The notes: generated from the letters alone by a model not told the origin. 12,075 bases of DNA from Bugula neritina (GCA_964035545.1 CAXIUT010000023.1:1-12075), one strand, 5' to 3'. Counted from the stretch's first letter, positions 1-10,136 are shown. Translations and numbers: made by a program.

Positions 1-99
1 CCCAACCCCAACCCAACCCCAACCCCAACCCCAACCCCAACCCCAACCCCAACCCCAAACCCCAACCCCAACCCCAACCCCAACCCCAACCCCAACCCC
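1..99 (+). repeat. Left telomere, (CCCCAA)n
   Basis: Tandem C4A2 from base 1 with a few irregular units (C3A2, C4A3). The C-rich strand is at the 5' end, as expected for a left chromosome end. Confidence 0.97.
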
Positions 100-253
100 T
101 CCATTTTAATATCAAATCAAATCAATCATATCTATTCTCAAAAAGTTTTATATCTTTTTTATTTATCAATAGTCCTTTATTTAATAGTATGGTTTAGTTA
201 TAAGATTATTGACTAGAATCAGTTTATTTTCAAATTATAAATACCTAACAATA

Positions 254-1012
254 ATGATCCACTTCTCCAACCCTTATAAAGTACTCCCTTTATCCATAAA
301 CTCAGACACCCTTCTCCTCTCCATCTCATCTCACTATCAAGTCATCCACAAACATGCTGACTCTTTATAACAGATCTACTCTCTCATAAAACCACATGAA
401 GATGCTTACAGAATAGTTCTCATAGCTGATAGTTTCTAAGAAGGATAAAAAGCTATATAAGCAATACAATAATAAAAGTTCAGAATTATTAGGAGTTTAG
501 ATAGCTAAGAAAAAGGAATAAAATAACTAAAAAATAAATTCGTATTGAATTTAGGTCGAATAGATTTTACCAAGAAAGAGAAAAGGTATAATTCTAGTCG
601 ATAGCAATCAATATTTTTCAAAAACTAAGTGGCTAAAAATGAAATAAGAAAACATGATATTTCTAATATCTAAGATACCACAAGAAAAGACAGGCAAATG
701 ACCCCAAAAAAGATAACATTTATGAACAAAAACAAACAAAATGAATATAAACTATAAGAAAGTGATAATAAGCCAAGTAAAAGAACAAGATTAGCTACTA
801 AAATAAAAAATAAATAATTTATACTGCTATAATAACAAAAATAAATAGATTTCCATCATGATTTGCAATCGCCTAAATTAAGGAATGTATATTCTTAGAA
901 GAAATCATCAAAATAAAATAATAATGACGAAGAAATGAACCTTCTTTAAGGTCTAGATGATTAAAATAATATCTATTACAACTGCCCTAAAACATATCAC
1001 TCGATATATTGA
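254..1012 (+). CDS. Hypothetical protein, 252 aa; possible degenerate RRM-like N-terminus and a K/Q/N-rich tail
   Basis: Code-6 ORF from ATG254 to TGA1010-1012 with no internal TGA (MIHFSNPYKVLPLSINSDTLL...DSFQEGQKAIQAIQQQKF...CPKTYHSIY*). The RRM resemblance is weak and judged by eye. Confidence 0.7.
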
Positions 1013-1051
1013 TTTCTTTAATAATATATTTATTTACTAAAATATCTACTA

Positions 1052-1867
1052 TCATCTTCTTTTTTCCATAAATGGTTAATTAGATTAACGGTTTTCATTC
1101 ATTCTAACAGGAACAGGTTTTAATTTTTTATTATCTGTTAACGATATTAGAATCTTTTACTTTTACTTAGCTAATTACTCGTTTTAATCAACTCTTTTCA
1201 TACTCTGAGCCCGATGAATCTTCATTCCATACTCATGAATTGTCTTCTCCCTTGTCATTGTTCTTTTAGTTTCGTCTGTATCCTTCATTAAATCAATATT
1301 ATCCATATCAATAATATCCGAACTATATTTTTTCTTTCTCTCTTATTACTACTACTTCATCCTTGCCTAATATTTCTTCTTCTTTTTAAATAATAAAAAT
1401 TCCAATGGATTCAAAGAGTCCAACGTAAGATCAGCATTAATAATGATTCTGATATCTTATTTGCTTTTTATGACCATATTTTTTACCAAATATACCCAAT
1501 TTGGTTCTACATAAGCCACCACAGTTATCTTATTTTGATTAGCTACAATATTAGTCAACCCTATAATTGAATGATTTTTAGGTGTCAACCAGGTATAGCC
1601 ATACCCATACCTATGAGCAACAGTTTAATAGCTATTAGCTTATCCAACTTAAACACCTTTCGGTCCCACACCTAGACTTGAATTTCCTGCCATCAATGAT
1701 AACCCTTTATTATCCCCAGCACTTGCATCTGCTTGAGGGTTGTAGACAGTTTCAACTTTACTTTCCATTTATTGACTACTTCCATAGACGAAGTATTCTA
1801 CGACATATTATGAATCGTTGACGATCATGCCATCGACAGTCATAAAACCTAAAACACCTGCACCCAT
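1052..1867 (-). CDS. Unknown beta-rich protein, tandem paralog A, 271 aa, Met-Gly N-terminus
   Basis: Intronless code-6 ORF: MGAGVLGFMTVDGMIVNDSQYVVEYFVYG...HRYGYGYTWLTPKNHSIIGLTN...NKITVVAYVEPNWVYLVKNMVIK...HEYGMKIHRAQSMKR...EKRR*. Clearly similar to paralogs B and C. Confidence 0.9.
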
Positions 1868-2220
1868 ATGGATCAAATAAAATTTATTAAAATAACTAAA
1901 ATTAATCTTTTTTAAGAAGATAAAAGCTATAAAAGGAAATCGGCAATGTTTTTTTTCAAATTATCATTTATTCAATAGCATTAATCTATCTTTTTCTTCA
2001 AAATAATAAAAATAAATAGACTTAAATAAAAAGAACCCTCTTAAGAGAATAAACAATCTAATTTCTAGTAAAATTAAAGAAATATTTTATAAAGAATGAA
2101 GGAATGAATATACTTGAAGACTTAGATTAAAAATATCTCATTATTGTCCTTAAGAATATCATTTGATATCTGTATTAAATACATATTCACTATCATTATT
2201 AGTAATAATCGATTTAAGAA

Positions 2221-2883
2221 TCAAGCTTTATTCATTTTGATTCGAATAGGGTCTAATTTTTTATTATCTATATTAAAAACAAACTTACTAATTCTTGATT
2301 TAGAAAAAACAGATTCTTCATATTAATCAAATCTCTCCATACTCTGAGCCCGATGTATCTTTAACCCATACTCATAACTTTCCTTCACAACTTTCCTATA
2401 AGATTCATCCTGATCATCATCAATACGATTTTTCCTCATCCTGTAAAGTAAAAATTCCTGTTAATTCAAAAAGTCAATTGAAAGATCTGAATTGATCATG
2501 ATTCTGATATCTTACTGACATTTTATCACCACATTTTTTAACAAATATATCCAATTCGATTCCACATAAGCCACAACACTTATCTTATTCCGACTAGTTA
2601 TTAAGTTAGTAAGACCTATGATTGAATACTTCTTTGGTGCTATCCAAGTATATCCATATCCATACTACTTATGAGTAATAGTTGAATAATTTCTTCCAAT
2701 TCCCTTTATTGTCACTCCTGAATGAACTCCAACATTAGCATCTAACTCAGGAGAGTCATTGACACTCTAAACCTTCTTATCAATTTAATCATGACCTCCA
2801 TAAACAAAATATTCAACCACATGCTAAGAATTGTTAATAATCATACCACTGACAGTCATCAAAGTTTGAAAACATGAACCCAT
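2221..2883 (-). CDS. Unknown beta-rich protein, tandem paralog B, 220 aa, MGSC N-terminus
   Basis: Code-6 ORF: MGSCFQTLMTVSGMIINNSQHVVEYFVYGGHD...KQYGYGYTWIAPKKYSIIGLTN...NKISVVAYVESNWIYLLKNVVIK...YEYGLKIHRAQSMER...KMNKA*. Confidence 0.9.
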
Positions 2884-2997
2884 ATGTAATATAATATTTA
2901 TTCAAGTATCCTATATTTATCATATTATCACTGATTACTTGTTTTTAAGATATTTTAATAAAAGTAAAAACTTGTAAAAATATGAATAGATGAACAA

Positions 2998-3639
2998 TCA
3001 TTGACCTAAATTTTATTTTTTCAAAAATATTGGTTCAGAAATACCACCACTTGCCATCCTCATTTCTTTCATTGATTATTACTAATACTAATCAAAATTT
3101 CTTTTATTTTGTGCCACAGCCAATAAATATCTATTCTCCAACTCCTCATTCGAATCATAAAATGCAAATCTAGCTTTATTTTTGATTTATTTTCTACGCT
3201 GATTTATTTAAGTTTAACTTAGATTGGACACAGTCAAATCTTTATGAATTATCAAGCCAATATCTTCCTCACTTTTTATTACAACGTTTTTAATCAAATA
3301 TATCACCTTGTTCTATACATGAGCTACTACACTAATTTTGTTTCTATTCGGTCTGAGTTCAGTCAAACCCGTAAAAGCAGTCATACCTGGTGCTACCCAA
3401 GCATAGCCATAACCATACTCTTTATGACTAATTATCTAATGAGTAGTACCTATTCCTGCCAATTTAACACCTCCTTCAGCTTTAAGAGTATTTAGTTTGG
3501 CATCTATTGTCGGATTATAACTGTGCATTTATACCATTTTGTCTATTGTATCATGACCTCCATATATGAAATATTCAAGAACGTATTTTGATTAGTTTGT
3601 TATTATTCCTGATACAGGTAAAACCCTTGCACAACCCAT
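2998..3639 (-). CDS. Unknown beta-rich protein, tandem paralog C, 213 aa, MGC N-terminus
   Basis: Code-6 ORF: MGCARVLPVSGIITNQSKYVLEYFIYGGHD...KEYGYGYAWVAPG...GLTE...NKISVVAHVQNKVIYLIKNVVIK...NLGQ*. Confidence 0.9.
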
Positions 3640-3790
3640 CGTTTATTATTATTAATTAGACTTGTTAGAATTTTTTAAAATAATAATAGTAAAATAATCT
3701 TTTAATTATTTTTCAAGTAAATAAGATGTGAGAATGTGAAGTTTAGAACTATCAAGAAATATTTATAATTTTAGATTATTATAAACTACA

Positions 3791-6190
3791 ATGGAAATAA
3801 CAATCAATGAAATCTCAGATATTTAAATAAAAAAATAACCTTCTCATAGCTAATAATCTCTATCAACCTTTGACGCTCTATAAAAAATGAAGTAACTACT
3901 CTTTAATATTAGTTCTGTTTCATCATAAATAAACATGGATACTAATGATCTAGAAAAAACACTTCAGAACTTATATTTCCCTTTATGTACAATTCAACAG
4001 TTGTTCATAAGACTTTTTCATGTACCAAAAAATAAACAAAGTGCACTCTGCGAACACGAAGTCATGCAAAAACTATTCGGAAATTAAGGCAATAAAATAG
4101 GACTACTCGCTGTTCTAGAAATGTTCAACCTGATACTAGCTAATACCAACCAAACCAACAGTCTTGTCTTCATCCTCTCGCAACCCAGCCTCCATGTATT
4201 TCTCTTCTAAAAATTCAAACTTGATCAAGAACAAACCTAAATCATTGAGTACTACATCCAGTTACTAAAAACTATCATTATGAAAATGAAAAATAGTCAT
4301 CCTTCTCTAATAAAACTCTTTTGCAATAATCGCTATTCTTCCTTTCCCTTGCTTTGCCAAGTAACCTACCTAGCATCTAATTCTGAATAAGAACTAGTAA
4401 AAGTAACAGCCCAACAGTGTGTTCTACTTCTCATTGGTTTACTAAATGAAAAGCAAGTCGGAGTAGGATATTTATCTGAGTTACAAATGGCTACACTTTT
4501 TCACTAAATAACAACTAACCTCTGCACTGAAGATAATGATTTCTAGGGATCGTTAAAATATATAGCTGATTTGATGGCAACTCTTTCAAACAATTAACTG
4601 AGTTTTTGTATGCTAATGAATGCTTTTATAGTTAATGTAGTGTTTGCAAATATAGATAATCTTCCTTATATCCTTTTTATCATCAATAGTCTCATCAAAA
4701 TCATAGATTAATAAGTTGATTTTCCATCTAAGATTAGACAATAGACAATGTCAATATTGAGTCATATAATTTCTAAAAGTTATTTTTATCAATTTATCAA
4801 TGGAACCTATCTGAGTTTAATGAAACAAGTTACATAAAATAAACAAATCATAAAATAGTAGCCATAAAATCTACTTAAATATTTCAATAAAAGATTCAAA
4901 ACTTTACAATCATTTCAACCGTAATTTTAATAATCAACCAATCATTAACTATCTAGTAGTAAAATTTTACTAACATGGGCTGATTTCAATAAAACTAGAT
5001 AATTTAATTTCAAATAAAATTAAAAAAAAAGTGGATTTTTCAACTTCTTTGCCTCGAAACCTGATCCAGTATAACTCTATGTCAAAAAAGTAATGAAATC
5101 AAATGGACTACATTATCCCAAAACATAAGTTCCTTTATTTAAACTTTAAGAAACCATTTAATTTCGATCAGCCATTTATTTCATATAAAAAATAAGATTA
5201 AGATAAAAAGCCGATTAAAGTGAGTCATTTCCATAGTACTAAGCATACTTCAATGATTATCGAGGTACTTTTTAACTTAATTAAAATTTCAGCAAACAAA
5301 TTATATCAATGTTAACTAAAATATAAAAATTATCTTTAAATTTTTCATCACATTATACTTAAAATGATCTAGCTTAAGTTATCTTTTAATATCCATTTAT
5401 TAAAAGACTTAGAATATATCTAGGATCTCACTTATCAGACTATCTTTTACTCATTGAGAAAGAATATCAATGGTCAGAACTTATTTTGATGAGAAAAATG
5501 TTTAAAAAACTAAAAATAGAAAATGTACTATAAAGAAAAACTCTTCAAAAGTTGTTATGGAAAATAGATTAACTTCAATCAACTATCCAATAAATGACCT
5601 TTGAAAATGATTTCAAAGTTCTAATTAAATACATAATGCAAAATAAATCCTAAAGTTAAATAGTATCAATTAATAACTACTACGATATAATCTAACTAAA
5701 GATGGCAAAATACTAACTATTGGCTGAACTAATAGATACTTAAATACTAGGATTAAAAGATTTTGTTTAGAAACAATGGAATATTCGACTACAAGATTTA
5801 AATATTATCAATAAATTAAAAATCTAAAGAAGTCATAATGAATGGATAGTTTAAGTTTATCCTCAAGATGGCATGATTTTAAATATAATAATAAAAAATA
5901 CAAAATAACAAAGCTACTAAATTAAAAATAAACTAACTGATTAGGCTAGTCTAGACCAGATAATTGAATAAATACTAACAAAATAAAACAAGAAACAAAT
6001 GCAATCAGAACAAGAGTAAACCCATAATACTTCTCTTGATATAATTTTAAAAGATGAATCATTTAGACAGAATATTGTTAGAATATTATCTCAAAGATAA
6101 TAAATCATCACAAAAAATATTGTACAATATTTCGAGACCACTCACAACCAACTCTACTCTGTCCTAGGGAAAAGAAAATAACCCTTTTGA
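3791..6190 (+). CDS. FPL-domain (CLEC16A/TT9/GOP-1-like) protein, 799 aa
   Basis: A 2400-nt ORF with no in-frame TGA under code 6. The segment IIEYYIQLLKTIIMKM...LFCNNRYSSFPLL...EQELVKVTAQQCVL resembles the FPL pattern YYISFLK..S.KL...FFN....FPLY......E.MVR.A. The C-terminal two thirds are not recognised. Confidence 0.75.
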
Positions 6191-6275
6191 TCTTTTATTC
6201 CTTAAAAGTATTTTTAAATAAATGTTATTTAAATTCAGTATTAATATGATTATTTTAAATAGTATGATAAAGAAA

Positions 6276-6473
6276 TCAGGCATTCTTCAAATCATCAGCT
6301 ACTTCAGTTTTCTTTTCTTCATCATTCATTGTCATCTAGTTTTTGATCAGGCTAGCAAGTTCCTGACCCTTCTTAAGAGGAATTATAACGGCATTTCGTC
6401 TGGTATTGCTACGAACAACTTGCTGGGTAGTTACCTCAGAGTCAAAAATAGAATTCCCTTCCTTCTCAGACAT
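6276..6473 (-). CDS. 65-aa microprotein, PKI-like (putative PKA pseudosubstrate inhibitor)
   Basis: MSEKEGNSIFDSEVTTQQVVRSNTRRNAVIIPLKKGQELASLIKNQMTMNDEEKKTEVADDLKNA*. The ORF is richer in GC than its AT-rich flanks, contains one TAG read as Gln, and ends in TGA. The ORF is well supported; the function is inferred. Confidence 0.7.
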
Positions 6474-6559
6474 TAATCGAAACTTATAATTATAACTCAA
6501 TAGAAAATCTATTTTATATTTAAAAAACTAAATATGTTTATATAAGCATAATCATAGTC

Positions 6560-7789
6560 TCACCTCAAACTACAAAATTTAGTATTCAAGGAACCAGACT
6601 GATTTTCTTGGTCATCACTGAATGCTGACATTCCATCGAATACCTTCCAAAAACGAATTGTTTCATCAGCCGATGCAGTGCAAAGAGTCGAATTGTCTGG
6701 AGCCATCACCATATGCAACACTCTTTGTGAATGACCATGAAGTTCAGCTATTTTACTACATTGAGGATACTTCCATAGAGTCAGTTGATTTTCACTAAAA
6801 CCATGAGAACTAATGATCTCTCTTTCCTTTTTATTCCAAATCAAAGAACAAACCTGACTATTAGTATTAACAGTATTCATCAACTTACCAGATTCAATGT
6901 TCCAAAATCTCATAGTCTGATCAGATGTACCTCCACCAGTTGCCAATAAATTTCTTTGCCAAGGACACCAAGCAAGTGCCTTCACAGCAGCCTTATGTCC
7001 ATTCAACTGATATCTCATTTTTGATGATGCAATATCCCAAATAATAGCTGAATTATCATTACTTCCAGAAGCCAAACCACAAGGATCATGCTTCAGTCCA
7101 CAAACTTCTCCTTTATGACCTAAAAAACGCATAGAAGATCCATGAGAAGATCTATAGTCATGTCCCAGAATCTTTGTATCTTTTGAACCAGTAAACAACA
7201 TTCCATAAGTAAAAGCTGAAGATGATACTCTGCCAGTATGTCCTTTCAATGTACGAACATTAGTCTGTGTTTCAACATCATAGAGTTCTGTCTTTCCTGA
7301 TTCTAGACCAACAGCAAGTAGATCTCCAGTTGGATGGAAAGATAATGAACAAATATAATCATCTTCTTTTTCACATAACTAGCCAATATTAGTAGGAGAA
7401 TAAAGATAGACTCGCTCTCCAAGTCCAATAGAAAGCAATCCTCTACTACTCCAATCAAGTAGATTTAGATAGTAATCATCTCTCAATTCAGGTGCATCTA
7501 ACACTTTCTCAGGAGAAAGATGTAGATTTCTTTTAGCAGGTTTCACTTCCACAGTATTTCTTTTGGTTAGAAGTTGTTTTATTGAGTCAAGAGGATAGGC
7601 TTGTGTTTGAGTTGGTGTTGATTCATCGATCATGGGTTAGCCTAAAAACTATCTTGATAGAAGAGTTTAGTAGGTTTAAGATTGATCTTTGGATGAGTAG
7701 GTTTAGTAGTTTCTTGAGAACTTAGATGAACTACGAACAGGAATAAATCTGTCATTAGTGTTTCTTCTTCCATTGATATTTTCTAACAT
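6560..7789 (-). CDS. CDC20: CDC20/Fizzy APC/C co-activator, WD40 repeats, 409 aa
   Basis: The supplied ORFs 6560-7249 and 7379-7633 are in one frame and join under code 6. Motifs: C-box DRFIPVR, VLDAPELRDDYYLNLLDWS, AWCPWQRNLLATGGGTSD, SSHGFSENQLTLWKYP, and a C-terminal LR (variant of the IR tail). WCPWQ and HGF favour Cdc20 over Cdh1. Confidence 0.95.
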
Positions 7790-8010
7790 ATTCGTTAAAT
7801 TATAATAAATATCTCAAAGTTGAATAAAACTAGTCTATACAAGTAACACTCATCTTTTTATTTCTGATCCATCTCCAATTCAATCAACAAAGAATATTCT
7901 TCATGATAACAACTTCGATATCAGTTTAACTCTTTTGTTTATAAATTTTGATCAAAAAGAATGATATCAATAGAATAATAGTAATTGATATGATGCACAA
8001 TCATTTTAAT

Positions 8011-8559
8011 TCAAAATCTTTCAAGTTTTCTTAATCCAGAACAAGTTAACCTACTTTTATCCATAGTTCTAGGAGTCAGAAATCTGCTTTTTTAAGAAAT
8101 AGATAACTTGCTATTAGTTTTCTTTTTTTTATGAGTCATAGTAGGAGTAATATCTTCCAAAGGAGACCTAAACTCTCTTCTTTATAACTTCAAAGGAGTT
8201 TTCATGTATGATGGAGGCACAGTATTTTCTTTATCTTCTTCAATTGGATAAGAAACAGATTATTCAACTTAGAGTGGACTATTGAACTCATTGATCGGAT
8301 GTCCCATTATATCAAAAATTTATCCATTTTCTGATTATTCTTAGTTCTAATTTTAGATAATTCTTTTAAAACTATTTGTGAATTCTTTTATGTTATCTGG
8401 ACTGAGATCTTATTGCTTTGATACTTCCATAAACTAACTAAGATGATAAGGAGAAGAATAATTCTGATTAGAAAGACTATTAGCTTGAGGACTTAAAGAG
8501 CTAGTTACGTTTATCACTTATTCTTCGAGAGAGTGTGTTCCACTATTTTAGTTTTGCAT
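8011..8559 (-). CDS. Likely disordered 182-aa protein with KEN box, D-box-like motif and multiple S/T-P sites (putative APC/C substrate or inhibitor)
   Basis: Code-6 ORF: MQNQNSGTHSLEEQ...YPIEEDKENTVPPSYMKTPLKLQRREFRSPLEDITPTMTHKKKK...SGLRKLERF*. KEN at 8224-8232; RSPLEDIT at 8146-8169. Confidence 0.75.
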
Positions 8560-8781
8560 TTCAGAGTCGTTATAATGAATTTTATATAGCTCATAAATCA
8601 GGTGATAAAAAATAACTCCAAAAGTTTATTAAAAAACAATAGATAACAAAAAAACTCAGCTGCTAAAACAAATACAATAATGACATGTTAAGGAGTTAAA
8701 AGATAAATAGTAAAAATGATTTGATGTTTATTTATCTGATTATTATGCTATTAAAAATTCGAATGTTATAATGATAGTTCT

Positions 8782-10136
8782 ATGAGTGATTAAATAACAA
8801 GCATTTAGCAATACTAATAAAAACAAAGAATGGATAGATAAATGATCACACAACAATAAGAACTGATTTCAGTACTCAAACAATAAATTATTCGACTCCA
8901 ATAAGAAATACATTCCCGCCTAAAATAAGAAATCACACTCAAATAAGAACTATAAAAAACATAAAAAACCATCATCTTCCTCAAATAAAAAATAGCTAAC
9001 ATCTCAGAAAATAATTAAAGCCTTCTAAGAACTGTTCAAGTCTTTCAAAAAGAATTCATTAGAAGATAAAGAGGAACTCTTTCTAAACTATCAGTCTAAT
9101 CCAACAGAGGACCCTTCCATCTCTAAATCATCAGAAACCTCAAAAGCAAACTCAGTAGCTCCTTCATCTAACCCTCATCCAAATATACAGAAAAATCATC
9201 ATTTTCTTAATACTATGGATTTTTTCTACAGGATGAAACAGTATAAGAATCTGAAGTCGCTCTCTATAATTAAATCGTATAAAAGAACAAACAAATCACA
9301 GGATCACGGATCAGATCTCTAGGCAAGAAAATATATTTCCATGAAAAATTCAGACACATCTTCTGGTTCAAAGTAGCAATCATCCTATTCAGTCTATTTA
9401 GAATAAACAAAAAATAACTGAAAAACTGTATACTAACCTTCTTGATAGACATGAAGGAACAGTATAAAATTGCATTCCTAAAAAATCTATCATAGACCTT
9501 GATCTCAGAAGAATGGATCTTAAACTTGATTAAGAAAAAAGCAGAAAAGTATCAATAGAAGTCAAAAAACTCTTATAAATATTTGAACTTTATCGACCAG
9601 ATCTTAAATATGTACAAGGAATGAGCTATCTTGCATGGATATTCCTGATAAGAATGAATCCATATCAAGCTTTCTCCAGCTTCTGTAATCTCATTCTCAG
9701 TGATCCCTTCATCTACTCTCTCTACTCTTTCGAAGAAGGTCGAGTCAAAATGATTGTTAACTATTTCGAATAATGCCTTAAAGACAAACGTCCTAAACTC
9801 TATAAACATATCAAAGATCTCGGAGTAGATACATAACTCTTCCTAGTAGAATGGGCTTATACCATGTATTCGAGAGCTTTTAGTCTCCGTATCATATCGT
9901 ATTTTTATCCTTTATTTAGAAAAATATGGGATCAATGGTTTTGTGAAGGTTACAACACTTTCTTCAAAGTGGCAATAGCTGTGTTAGAGATCCTTTAGCC
10001 ATAGCTAATGTAGAAGAACGAAAACGACAAGGTAATCGACACCATTCGCAACCATACATTCAAGATCGAAGAAGCATAATTTTTAAGAGTACTTGCCAAG
10101 CAGAAGTTATTGGATTCATCCGAATTCAAGCCTTGA
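8782..10136 (+). CDS. TBC-domain Rab-GAP (TBC1D12/14-like), about 437 aa; exons 8782-9372, 9393-9898, 9920-10136
   Basis: Arg-finger motif IDLDLRR, Gln-finger motif YRPDLKYVQGMSY, and EWAYTMYSRAF...KIWD.WFCEG. The N-terminus is Q-rich and coiled-coil-like. The spliced length of 1314 nt is a multiple of 3. Confidence 0.9.
9373..9392 (+). other. 20-nt intron GTAGCAATCATCCTATTCAG
   Basis: GT..AG ends. Removing it restores the frame and gives FRHIFWFKSIQNKQKITEKLY, matching the TBC pattern R...W...IGN.L.IT. Confidence 0.8.
9899..9919 (+). other. 21-nt intron GTATTTTTATCCTTTATTTAG
   Basis: GTA..TAG and T-rich. Removing it gives LRIISKIWD with canonical TBC spacing. The frame stays open if it is retained. 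Confidence 0.7.

Noticed and set aside
1868-2220. Open minus-strand frame continuing after the TGA of paralog B (readthrough or extra gene)
   Set aside because: It is very AT-rich with no similarity to the paralogs. Long open frames arise by chance when TGA is the only stop.
5265-5292. Intron-like GTACTTTTTAACTTAATTAAAATTTCAG in the FPL gene
   Set aside because: The ORF is open across it, and removing 28 nt would break the frame.
7790-8010. Short ORFs between the KEN/D-box gene and CDC20
   Set aside because: There is no convincing ATG-to-TGA ORF or motif. This is probably UTR or promoter sequence.
8591-8686. 31-codon hydrophobic minus-strand ORF (MSLLYLFQQLSFF...) upstream of the KEN/D-box gene
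   Set aside because: Its composition is explained by T-rich intergenic DNA, and there is no independent support.
2144-9809. Supplied short ORFs 2144-2326, 3244-3495, 6222-6476, 8814-9002, 9270-9452 and 9573-9809
   Set aside because: They are antisense shadows of code-6 genes, called with the wrong genetic code.
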